Shown here: piece after piece, positions 27,272-35,926 of the stretch
How the letters are laid out: every line of letters begins with the position of its first letter
Position numbering within the stretch: the stretch's first letter is position 1
Assembly (NCBI RefSeq): GCF_036396855.1
Contig: NZ_DASWKA010000043.1
Coordinates: 2,762 to 66,761 of the forward strand
Length of the DNA: 64,000 nucleotides
From: Candidatus Deferrimicrobium sp.
Lineage (GTDB): Bacteria; Desulfobacterota; Deferrimicrobia; Deferrimicrobiales; Deferrimicrobiaceae
Reading direction: 5' to 3'
Made by a program: the position numbers and the translations under genes
Notes under the pieces: generated by a model
Told to the model about the DNA's origin: nothing
The model's input: the letters and a program-made list of their open reading frames with translations, nothing else
Databases searched by the model: none

Positions 27272-28280
27272 GCCGATCCCTCCGCATCAGCGCATCGAGC
27301 TCCCGGAAGAACCCATGTTCCGCGTCGGCGCATTCGCGCACGATCCGGACCAGTGCAGGGAAATCGTCGATTTCCTGGGGGCGTCCTTTGCAGAGGCGCG
27401 CTCCGGCGACCGCGAAATCCCGCCAATGGTCGCCGATGGCCGTCATCCGCCGCGAAAAATCGAGGAGACGGCGTTCGTCCAGGAATGCAGCGGCTTCCTG
27501 GAGGAACGCCGCGTAGATGAAGCGGAATCCTCCTCCCCCGGTACCCACTTCCTCCTGCATCCGGATGACGTTGCCCAGATAAAGAAGCGCTCTCCGGTCC
27601 CCCAGGCGGGAAGGCCACGATTCAACCCGCCCGGCCAGGTACCGAATCCCCCGGACGCCGATCAACGGGATCGGAATCCGTGTCATCAGGCGGCATACCT
27701 CCCGGATGGCCTCCCGGATGGCCGGAACCGGATCGACCGTCTTCGGGACGTTCGTCAGGAAGAACAGTTTTCCTTTCGGCGCCAACGGCCCCCTTGCGAA
27801 ACGGGCCCGCTTCAGGTCGTCGGCGCCGCAGAGGACCGGTTCCTCGATCACGGGATCGCTGATCCGGTAGGAGTCGCCCTCTTTTCCGCAGACGACCAGG
27901 TTATGGGCGTTGAAGTGGAATCGCAGCGCGGGGGGGAAGTAGGGGAGCCAGTAGACGCCGGTCTGCGCCCCGACGGGAACGCCTTCGGCCAGGAGGCGAT
28001 CGAGCTCCGCCATCCCGTTCTCCTCGTCCCGGAAGGTGCGGAACGTCACTCCGACGCCGAGACGCTTCGCCACCTGCCGGATGATCCGGCCCGGGGCGGA
28101 CCGGAAGGTGGTCAACGGCAGATGGTTGATCCGGACGAAGGGGAGATAGGCGAAAAAAAGACCGCTGCCGATGCCGAACGCCATGGCCTCGGAGAGAGGT
28201 AGGCCGTGGTGGGTCAGCAGATTGGCAACGACGCCGCTCTCGCAATGCGCCGACTGCCGATGCGGGAAAGGAAGCGTCAT
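27255..28280 (-). CDS. BtrH N-terminal domain / DUF4872 family protein (putative ACP-dependent acyl/aminoacyl transferase, cysteine-protease fold)
   Basis: N-terminal RQSAHCESGVVANLL (candidate catalytic Cys) and a C-terminal helical domain. The family call is from memory of the BtrH_N pattern. Confidence 0.6.
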   Translation of the reverse strand: MTLPFPHRQSAHCESGVVANLLTHHGLPLSEAMAFGIGSGLFFAYLPFVRINHLPLTTFRSAPGRIIRQVAKRLGVGVTFRTFRDEENGMAELDRLLAEGVPVGAQTGVYWLPYFPPALRFHFNAHNLVVCGKEGDSYRISDPVIEEPVLCGADDLKRARFARGPLAPKGKLFFLTNVPKTVDPVPAIREAIREVCRLMTRIPIPLIGVRGIRYLAGRVESWPSRLGDRRALLYLGNVIRMQEEVGTGGGGFRFIYAAFLQEAAAFLDERRLLDFSRRMTAIGDHWRDFAVAGARLCKGRPQEIDDFPALVRIVRECADAEHGFFRELDALMRRDRHAVRR

Positions 28281-28299
28281 GGACGATCTCCCGATGCCG

Positions 28300-28722
28300 C
28301 TATTTCGGCAAGCCGGCGGAAAGATCGCATTCGGGCGTTTTCATGAGTTCCTCCGGCGTGATCCGGAAAATGGCGGCGTATCGAACTGCGAGCTTGGCGG
28401 AAAGGCGCCGGAACGCCGCCGGTTTCATGTGTCGCCGCACCTGCCAGCGAAACAGCCCGGCGTAGCCGGCAAGCAATCCGGGGTCCATCTGGTGACGGGC
28501 CATGTGGTACGCGAGCGGGCTCAGCGCTCCGGCGCGGACCTTCGCGAGGACGGCGTCGACTTCCGCCTCGATGGACTCCCAGGCCATGTGGTTCGCGATG
28601 TTGGCGGGCTCCCATCCGGCGCTTGGGACCAGTATATACCGCCCGTCGTCGTCGACGGCGTAGCTGACTTCCTTCCATTCCCCGAAAAGACCCTGGTCTT
28701 GGGGAACGTCCTTTCTCCGCAT
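28300..28722 (-). CDS. small hypothetical protein
   Basis: ORF 28300..29091 trimmed to ATG 28722 (140 aa), co-directional and tightly spaced. No motif recognised. Confidence 0.45.
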   Translation of the reverse strand: MRRKDVPQDQGLFGEWKEVSYAVDDDGRYILVPSAGWEPANIANHMAWESIEAEVDAVLAKVRAGALSPLAYHMARHQMDPGLLAGYAGLFRWQVRRHMKPAAFRRLSAKLAVRYAAIFRITPEELMKTPECDLSAGLPK

Positions 28723-28744
28723 CGGCGATACCTTCCCGTCTGCC

Positions 28745-29590
28745 CTAGTCGTCGCGCTCGACCATCCTGGAGGATTGAAGCGGTATCCAGGCGACCGCGA
28801 AGCCCGCGGAAACGTAGTAGTTGCGGCGAACCAGGGGACTGTCCTCGAACACGGCGCCGCGCAGCGTGTCGTAACGGGCATAGGCGCCGAACCACGCCTT
28901 CTCGAATCGGCGCGACAACGCGACGAGGAACTGCAGGCCGGCATAGCCGCCGTGCGCATCGAACGCAGGGCGATCCGGACGCGCGTCGCTTTCCGACACG
29001 CCGTAGAAATATCGATGCTGACGCCGCGTCGCGAAGAGCGGCCCGGCCAGCATGCCGAGTTGCCACGGCCGGCCGCCGATGCCGTCTGCATCGAAATTCA
29101 GGGTGGGCGAGAGACTCACACCGGCGTTTCGCGGATGCGACTCGACGGTGAACGCCGCCCGGACCGGCGTGCGCACGTCGATCTTGAAGCGGCGACTGTC
29201 GCTGCGCCACAAGTGGATATCCAGCGCCGGACCGAGTTCAACCATCGGCTTGAGATCGCTCATGCCTTCCCGCGCACGATTGTTCTCGCTGCGCACCGGC
29301 GGCGTTGCGCTCAGGCTGAGATTGAGCTCGGCCTCTCCCCGGTTCAACAGGGTAGAGCGAATGCCGGTCCGGTCAGCCTTGATCCACTCCAGGCGGTAAA
29401 TGACGTAGGGAACGGGCAGGAGGTAGAGGCGGACCTCGTCCGAGCCGCGGTAGTCGGGCATCATCAAGCCTGCAACGCCTGCACCCAGCTCCCATTGCGG
29501 TACCGTACCTGCGGCGGCTTGTTGCGTCCACGCCAGGAAGAGCGCCGCGCAAAGGATCAGGCCGCCGATGCGAGACAGTGTCTTCATCAT
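28745..29590 (-). CDS. MipA/OmpV-family outer-membrane beta-barrel protein
   Basis: Signal peptide MMKTLSRIGGLILCAALFLAWTQQAAAG. GAGVAGLMMPDYRGSDE..LLPVPYVIYR is typical of MipA, with aromatic-rich alternating strands. ATG 29590 overlaps the upstream stop (ATGA). Confidence 0.8.
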   Translation of the reverse strand: MMKTLSRIGGLILCAALFLAWTQQAAAGTVPQWELGAGVAGLMMPDYRGSDEVRLYLLPVPYVIYRLEWIKADRTGIRSTLLNRGEAELNLSLSATPPVRSENNRAREGMSDLKPMVELGPALDIHLWRSDSRRFKIDVRTPVRAAFTVESHPRNAGVSLSPTLNFDADGIGGRPWQLGMLAGPLFATRRQHRYFYGVSESDARPDRPAFDAHGGYAGLQFLVALSRRFEKAWFGAYARYDTLRGAVFEDSPLVRRNYYVSAGFAVAWIPLQSSRMVERDD

Positions 29591-30759
29591 TGCGAATCCA
29601 CCCTGCCGACGCCCGCAGGGATCCGTTCCTCCATTGCGCATTCGCCGGTCGTACCAGGAAATTTCCCGAGCGTCGTCAATCCATACACCTCGTCTCCGGC
29701 GAGCGTGAGGCAGGCGATCCGGTCGGCGCCGACCGGATCGCCGCCGGCGGGAACCGTTGCGGGGAAGTCGAGGAAAACGCTGCCCGGGGAAGGAAATACC
29801 CGCCCCCCCTTGAGAATGAGCGCGGCCGCCGCCAGGTCGAAGGCCGGCCCGGCCGGCATGGACCCGTACAGGGGCGTGTAGCACGCGACGCGCGTATTTT
29901 TCGCCACGGACGCGTATCGTCGGCCCGACTCGCGGCAGCCGTCCGCCCCCAGGACCAGCAAGCCCGGTCCGGGAAAGGGACCGCCGGGAATCGGCGGGCC
30001 TCCCGTGGCCGATGCGTCCAGCGTGCAATACCCGCCCCGGGACGCGCCCTCCCGGGCGAGGAGCAGGAAGGCGGCCCCCTCCCCGGGGATCGATGTCTCC
30101 CTCTCCGTCCGCAACGGGGTCATGGGTGCGGCCGGACTCGCGTCCCGCGTCCGGTACCGGACGTAGCCGATCAGTTCGGACAGTTCGTCGACCGCTCCGA
30201 AGAGGACCCGTTGGACCCTTCCTTCCGCAAGCCAAAGGCGGGCGGTGGCGAGTGCGGAGGGAACCGACAGGTGAAAGTGGGTGACGGTGAGGCTTGGGCC
30301 CATGGCTCCCAGTTGAATGGAGATGTGGGCGGCCGCGGAGTTGTGCACCGAGTTGGCGAAATAGGTCGGCGACGCGCAGATGTCGCCGTCGTTTATGAAC
30401 GACTTGAGGAACGCGTAGGTGATACCCGTCGCCCCATAGCCGCTGGCGATGATGATGCCCAGCCGGGATCTTTCCGCTTCGGGCAGTCCCGCGTCCGCCA
30501 GCGCAAGGTGACCGCCGAGGAGGCCGAGGCGGGAGAAGCGGTCGATCCTCCGCAATGTGCGAACGGGGATGAACTCTCCGAGACGGGATACGTCGGCCTG
30601 GAAGGCGGGGATCCGGACCGTTCCGGATCCCGTCGACAAGTCGAAGGTCCCGGGGGAGGAGGCGGCTTCGGTCAACGCCCGTGACAGATCGGAGATGCCG
30701 CAGCCGAACCCGCCGACCACTCCGATCCCCTCGATGATGATCCGTTCCGTTCCGCTCAT
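29587..30759 (-). CDS. beta-ketoacyl synthase-like protein lacking the catalytic Cys/His/His (chain-length-factor-like)
   Basis: Thiolase-fold N-terminus IIIEGIGVVGGFG. The position of TACSSG is occupied by THFHLS, and there are no HGT or GH..GA motifs. ATGA overlap with the upstream KAS. Confidence 0.75.
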   Translation of the reverse strand: MSGTERIIIEGIGVVGGFGCGISDLSRALTEAASSPGTFDLSTGSGTVRIPAFQADVSRLGEFIPVRTLRRIDRFSRLGLLGGHLALADAGLPEAERSRLGIIIASGYGATGITYAFLKSFINDGDICASPTYFANSVHNSAAAHISIQLGAMGPSLTVTHFHLSVPSALATARLWLAEGRVQRVLFGAVDELSELIGYVRYRTRDASPAAPMTPLRTERETSIPGEGAAFLLLAREGASRGGYCTLDASATGGPPIPGGPFPGPGLLVLGADGCRESGRRYASVAKNTRVACYTPLYGSMPAGPAFDLAAAALILKGGRVFPSPGSVFLDFPATVPAGGDPVGADRIACLTLAGDEVYGLTTLGKFPGTTGECAMEERIPAGVGRVDSQ

Positions 30760-31928
30760 GCCTTGCCGAGGACGACGACCGAGTTGTTCCCCCCGAATGC
30801 GAGCGATTCGGAGAGGGCGACGGTTCCCGGGACCGCGGTGACTTCCCGGACGGGGGTGTTCCCGATCTCGGGGTCGGGTGTATCGAACCCGGCGCTGGCC
30901 GGGATTTTCCCGATCTCAAGGCAGGCGGCGGTGAACACCGCCTCGATCGCGCCCGCGGCCCCGAGGGTATGCCCGGTGTACCCTTTCGTTGAGAGGAATG
31001 GGACGCCGGGCAGGATGTCCTGGAGGACACGGCTCTCGACCCGGTCGTTGTCGGGCGTGGCGGTCCCGTGGGCGTTGACGAACGCGACGGATGCGGGGGA
31101 AACGCCGCTGGTCGCCAAAGCTTCGACGATCGCGCTCCGCAGTCCCGCGCCGTCGGGCCGCGGGGCGGTAAGGTGGTAGGCGTCACTCGCCGATCCGTAG
31201 CCCAGCAGAAGGGAACGCGCCCGCTTCCCGCTCCGCCGGAGGACGCGTTCCGAGGCAAGGACGAGCATCGCCGCCCCTTCCCCAAGGTTCAACCCCTTGC
31301 GGTGCTTGTCGAACGGCTTGCACGGGGAATCGTCGGTGATCATGAGGGAGATGAAACCGATGTAGGTGATCCTTCCCAGTTCGTCGGCGCCGCCCGCGAT
31401 CGCGGCATCGCAGAGGCCTGCCCGGATCCAGGATCCGGCGATTCCCACCGCGTCGGTGCCGGACGAGCATGCGGTCACCACGGTCTGGCGGGGGCCAGAG
31501 AGGTCGAATTCCCGGGCGATGACATCCGCCGGATTGCTGCGCAGGATCCGATGGATGGGCGCCATGTCGGGAACTTCGGCTGCCAGGTATCCGCGGCAGA
31601 ACGTCTCCTCGCTGATGACGGTGCCGACGGTCGTCCCCACGCAGACTCCCACCCGCAGCGTGCCCAGGGTTTTCCGGTCGAGCCCGGCGTCGGCGACCGC
31701 TTCCCTGGCCGCGTGCAGCGCGAAGGCGCTCGTCCGGAGGAGATCCCGGGGCTCCTCGAAGTCGACCGCCTCGAACACGGGGTGGGGTATCGGGTGGTCG
31801 CTGGCGAAGCGCACCGGGGGTGCCGGGTGACGTTCGCCGCGGAGGAGCGCTTCCATGGAATCGGACAGGTTCCTGCCGGCCGCGCAGATGCAGCCCATGC
31901 CCAATATAGGGATCGGGGCGACGCTCAT
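30756..31928 (-). CDS. beta-ketoacyl-ACP synthase I/II family
   Basis: VVTACSSGTDAV (Cys), VNAHGTATPDND (His) and GYTGHTLGAAGAIE (His). Confidence 0.92.
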   Translation of the reverse strand: MSVAPIPILGMGCICAAGRNLSDSMEALLRGERHPAPPVRFASDHPIPHPVFEAVDFEEPRDLLRTSAFALHAAREAVADAGLDRKTLGTLRVGVCVGTTVGTVISEETFCRGYLAAEVPDMAPIHRILRSNPADVIAREFDLSGPRQTVVTACSSGTDAVGIAGSWIRAGLCDAAIAGGADELGRITYIGFISLMITDDSPCKPFDKHRKGLNLGEGAAMLVLASERVLRRSGKRARSLLLGYGSASDAYHLTAPRPDGAGLRSAIVEALATSGVSPASVAFVNAHGTATPDNDRVESRVLQDILPGVPFLSTKGYTGHTLGAAGAIEAVFTAACLEIGKIPASAGFDTPDPEIGNTPVREVTAVPGTVALSESLAFGGNNSVVVLGKA

Positions 31929-32182
31929 CCGTTGGACAGTCGCGCCTCGATGTAGGAGGCAAGCGCATGGATGGACTGGAATGCGGTTTTTGCCTCGTCC
32001 ATGTTCTGGATGTCGATGCCGAAATGTTTCTGCATGATGACGACGAGCTCCACTGCGTCCAGCGAATCGAGGCCGAGACCTTCTCCGAACAGGGGGGCGT
32101 TCTCATCGATATCCCCGGGGGTCAATCCCTCGAGGTGCAGATCCTCCACGAGGATCTTTTTGACCTTCTCAACGGTGGTCAT
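31925..32182 (-). CDS. acyl carrier protein (ACP 2)
   Basis: GLGLDSLDAVELVV. ATG 32182 forms an ATGA overlap with the upstream stop (longer ORF to 32203). Confidence 0.88.
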   Translation of the reverse strand: MTTVEKVKKILVEDLHLEGLTPGDIDENAPLFGEGLGLDSLDAVELVVIMQKHFGIDIQNMDEAKTAFQSIHALASYIEARLSNG

Positions 32183-33120
32183 CGCATCGGCTCCAGATTC
32201 CACATATCGAAGAAATTGAAGAACTGGTAGGGGCGTTCCTCGACGAATCCCTCCAGCGCCCGGATGAATTCCTCGGCATAGGGGCGGTATGCCTCCGGAG
32301 TTCTCCCCAGGCCTCCCTGGACCCGAAGGACCTTCGCCACCTGCAGGGAATAATTCCCCGGTCCGGATTTATACGGGAAAATCACGACCACGGGAGCACC
32401 GGTGGCGGAGGCCAGCTGGTAGGGTGAAACGGGAACGCGCACCCGGCCCCCGAGGAATTCGACCACGACCGTGCTCCGATCGCCCCCCATTGCCCGATCC
32501 GCCATGATACAGAGGACCTCGCCATGTTTCAACACCTGAAGCATCTCCAGCGCCCCCCCGAAGGGACCGGCGGGATCGATGATCCGGAACGCCGCTTCAT
32601 CGCCGCGGTGCTCGAAAATGTGCAGGTCGACGTCGCCGTCTTCCCGGTGGAGCAGCAAGCTCGTGGGGGTATCCAGCAGGCGGAGACTCTCCATCGCGAA
32701 TTGCCAGCATCCCGCATGGGCGGTCACGAGAATCAACCCGCGTCCCTCCCGGACCCGCTCGAGCAGTTCTTCCCGCTTGCCGTAGCGGACGGTCAGCTGC
32801 CCCGGGCCGAGAATTCCCATGGCGGCGCGATCCACCAGGACCCGCCCGATTTCGACGGTGATCCGGTAGCCGTCCCATAGTCTGAGGAGGGCGGTTCTTC
32901 CGGGGAACCGCCGGGAGAGGTACGGGAGGGAACGGACCCGGACGGATGGACGGAACAGTACGTAGTACAGGGCGATGAAATCCACCATGACGTAGGCGGC
33001 GCGCCGGCCGGCGAACCGAATGAGCGCGTAAAAGAAGCGGTGCTGCCACCGGGAGCCGATGCTCCGGGCGCTCCAGGCTTTATTCTCCCGGCGGGTCCGT
33101 GGCGCATCCGTCGACCGCAT
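32179..33120 (-). CDS. LpxL/HtrB-type (LPLAT superfamily) acyltransferase
   Basis: ORF trimmed to ATG 33120. Catalytic box VTAHAGCWQFA, then LCIMADR. Confidence 0.75.
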   Translation of the reverse strand: MRSTDAPRTRRENKAWSARSIGSRWQHRFFYALIRFAGRRAAYVMVDFIALYYVLFRPSVRVRSLPYLSRRFPGRTALLRLWDGYRITVEIGRVLVDRAAMGILGPGQLTVRYGKREELLERVREGRGLILVTAHAGCWQFAMESLRLLDTPTSLLLHREDGDVDLHIFEHRGDEAAFRIIDPAGPFGGALEMLQVLKHGEVLCIMADRAMGGDRSTVVVEFLGGRVRVPVSPYQLASATGAPVVVIFPYKSGPGNYSLQVAKVLRVQGGLGRTPEAYRPYAEEFIRALEGFVEERPYQFFNFFDMWNLEPMR

Positions 33121-33125
33121 CGCGT

Positions 33126-34580
33126 TCAGCAGGATTCGTCCATGAGGCGGCGGTTGGTGCGGGTGAATTTGAGGAAATCGCCCATGTTCCGGGCGAACCG
33201 GAGCCAGCTGTCGGGCGATCGCCACAGCATGGCGGCATACCCCATCAGGACCCTGGGCCTCTTGAAGTGGGTACTGTAAAAGTCCCGGTAGAGTTCCTCG
33301 AGTCGCGCCGCGGTCATCCCCTTCGTGACGAACTGGAAGTGCATGCAGTCCATCTTTTCCCAGTCCTCGTCGAAATCGCCCAGCTCGCGGATCGTTTCGT
33401 AGATCGGCGAGCCCGGGAAGGGGGTGAACTTGGTCAGGTTGAAGTCGTCGATCGGGAGCGAAAAGACGTACTCCATGCTTCGCCGGATGCTTTCCTCCGT
33501 CTCGCCGGGCAGCCCCATCATGAGCAGTCCCTTCGTCCGGATCCCGGCCTTTTTTATTGTCCGGATCGTCCCGGCGATGCGGTCCAGGTCCGCATGCTGC
33601 CGGTGCTCCGCCAGCAGTCGCTCGTCGCCCGTCTCGATCCCGAGGCTGACCATCCAGCAACCGGCCGACTTCATGCGGCGCAGCAGCTCCGGGTCGACGT
33701 GCTCCGCCCGGACGGCGCAGTTGAAGGTCATCCCGAGGGGACGGTCGATCATCATCCCCGTGAACGCTTCGACCCTCTTCCGCTGGAAGGTGAACTGGTC
33801 GTCGTAGAAGTTGACGTGCCGGGTGCCGAACCGTTCCTTCAGGTACCGCAGGTGCTCGTAGAGATATTCGGCGGAGTTGAACCGGAAGCTCCGACGGAAG
33901 ACCGAGCGGTCGCAGTAGCTGCAGGAATAGGGACAGCCCCGGCTGGAGATGCAGCTCGTGTTCGGTACTCGCGGATAGTTGAAGATGGGAAGCTTGTACG
34001 AGCCGGGGAACCCGTCGAGCTTCTCGTACGCCGGAAAGGGGAGGGTGTCCAGGTCGATCGCCCGGTCCCGGAAACCGGTGAACCGGGCGGCCCCTTCCGT
34101 GCCTTCGCGGAAGATGATCCCCTTGATGTTCGCAGGATCCTCGCCGCCGGACGCGATCAGTTCCCCCAGCGTCTCTTCCCCCTCCCCGACCACGGCGAAG
34201 TCCATCGCCGGGAAGCGTGGAAAGAGCGCTTCCTTCAGGGCGGAAACGTGGGGGCCTCCGAAGACGGTCCGGATGCCGGGCAACACCGCACGAGCCGCTT
34301 CCGCGATCCGGATTCCGTCGAGAAAGCTCGATGTGGTGCAGCTGACGCCGAGGAAGGCGGGGCGCTCCGCAAGAAGGTGGTCCCGGATCGCGCGGTCGGA
34401 GCCGGGGCGGGCGTAGCTGTCGACGATGGTGGACCGGATGCCCCGCCGTTCGAGGCAGGCCGCGATGCTGGCCAGCCCGAGGGGCGGCATGATGTTGGCG
34501 ATCCGGGAGATATCGCCGGAAGCGGCGTCGGCGCGATAGCCGAGAGGATGGACCAGCAGGACCCGGTCGGGATTCAGCAT
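33126..34580 (-). CDS. B12-binding domain radical SAM protein
   Basis: ORF trimmed to ATG 34580. N-terminal RVLLVHP..MPPLGLASIAACLERRG. SRGCPYSCSYC triad. Confidence 0.9.
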   Translation of the reverse strand: MLNPDRVLLVHPLGYRADAASGDISRIANIMPPLGLASIAACLERRGIRSTIVDSYARPGSDRAIRDHLLAERPAFLGVSCTTSSFLDGIRIAEAARAVLPGIRTVFGGPHVSALKEALFPRFPAMDFAVVGEGEETLGELIASGGEDPANIKGIIFREGTEGAARFTGFRDRAIDLDTLPFPAYEKLDGFPGSYKLPIFNYPRVPNTSCISSRGCPYSCSYCDRSVFRRSFRFNSAEYLYEHLRYLKERFGTRHVNFYDDQFTFQRKRVEAFTGMMIDRPLGMTFNCAVRAEHVDPELLRRMKSAGCWMVSLGIETGDERLLAEHRQHADLDRIAGTIRTIKKAGIRTKGLLMMGLPGETEESIRRSMEYVFSLPIDDFNLTKFTPFPGSPIYETIRELGDFDEDWEKMDCMHFQFVTKGMTAARLEELYRDFYSTHFKRPRVLMGYAAMLWRSPDSWLRFARNMGDFLKFTRTNRRLMDESC

Positions 34581-35926
34581 CCCGGATCCTTGGGAAACCG
34601 GATCAGGTGGTCCCAGAGGAGCCCACGATATCCGAAATTGTGCATGACCGCGAGCCGTTGCTGACCTTCGACCGGAGGGAAGATCCGGTCCCGCCGGCCA
34701 CCGAATGCGTCGGCGATCATCCTGTTCATGACGTCCGCGTCGATATGGGGCGAAAAGTAGTATGCCGGCTCGAGCAGGGACGCCGTGGGGGAGAGAACCC
34801 CCTCGGCGAGCGCCTGCGCATGGAGGGCGGTGCCCGGCAGGATGCGGATGCCGGAGTAGGCGAAGACCACGGTGTGTTCCAGTCGTTCCAGGTTGGCGAG
34901 CCCTTCCGTCACGGTATCGGCGGTTTCCCCGGGACCGCCGAACATGATGAAATGGGCGCAGGGAAGGCGCTCGGCGACGAAGGCCCGGCTCACCCCGAGG
35001 GCATCCGCGAAGGTGAAACCTTTCCCCAGCGAACGGAGGGTCGCATCGCACGCCGCATCGGTGCCCAGTTCCACCGCGTACAGCCCCGCCCGCTTGAGGA
35101 GGGCGATCTCCTTCCGTCCGATCCGCTCCGGGCGCATGTAACAGCACCACCGGATCCGAAGTTCCCGCCGGAGAATCTCTTCCGCGATCGACAGATACCG
35201 TCCGTGCGGATCGTTGAAGATCGAGTCGGTGAAGAAGAAGCTCTCCGCGCCGTGCTCCGCCCCCGCACGCGCGATGTCCTCGACCACCGCCCCGGTGTCG
35301 CGAAAACGGAAACGGTCCCCCTCGAGCGAGGGGTAGACGCAGTAGATGCAGCCGTGGGGGCAGCCCCGCTTCGTCTGGAGGTTGATCATGCCGCTCTTGT
35401 CGAGGTAATAGGCGATCATCTCGCCGTTGTACAGCGGCGACGCCATCTCCCCGCCGTCGAGAAGATGGCCGCCGCGCAGGATGGGGGGAGGGGTCCCTCC
35501 CTCGGACAGGTCCCGGATCAACTCGCAGACGATCCGTTCCCCCTCGCCGACGATTCCGTGGTCGGCGCCGGTGAAGGCGAGCAGTTCCTCCGGAAGGATG
35601 GAAAATCCGGGGCCGCCGATGATGACCGGCACCCCGGCGGATTCCCTGACGCACCCGACGAGGCGCTTCGCGATTTCCGGGTATCCGGCCCGGGAAAAGG
35701 AGTCGCAGTTGTCCAGGTTCCGCAGGGAGATGCAGACGTAGTCCGGATCGAAGGAGGCGATCTTCTCGCGGAAGATCGCCTCCGACTCGCCCGATGCCAG
35801 AAAGTCGAACTGTTCGACCCGGTGGCCGGATTCGGCGAGTCCCGCGGCCACGACGGCGAGCCCCAGCGGGTAGACCTGGAGGGGCTCCCTGCTGACGTTG
35901 GACGATACGAGGAGAATCCGCTTCAC
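34574..35926 (-). CDS. B12-binding domain radical SAM protein
   Basis: GTG 35926 (GTGA overlap). N-terminal KRILLVSSN..YPLGLAVVAAGLAESGH. KRGCPHGCIYC triad. Confidence 0.9.
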   Translation of the reverse strand: MKRILLVSSNVSREPLQVYPLGLAVVAAGLAESGHRVEQFDFLASGESEAIFREKIASFDPDYVCISLRNLDNCDSFSRAGYPEIAKRLVGCVRESAGVPVIIGGPGFSILPEELLAFTGADHGIVGEGERIVCELIRDLSEGGTPPPILRGGHLLDGGEMASPLYNGEMIAYYLDKSGMINLQTKRGCPHGCIYCVYPSLEGDRFRFRDTGAVVEDIARAGAEHGAESFFFTDSIFNDPHGRYLSIAEEILRRELRIRWCCYMRPERIGRKEIALLKRAGLYAVELGTDAACDATLRSLGKGFTFADALGVSRAFVAERLPCAHFIMFGGPGETADTVTEGLANLERLEHTVVFAYSGIRILPGTALHAQALAEGVLSPTASLLEPAYYFSPHIDADVMNRMIADAFGGRRDRIFPPVEGQQRLAVMHNFGYRGLLWDHLIRFPKDPGC

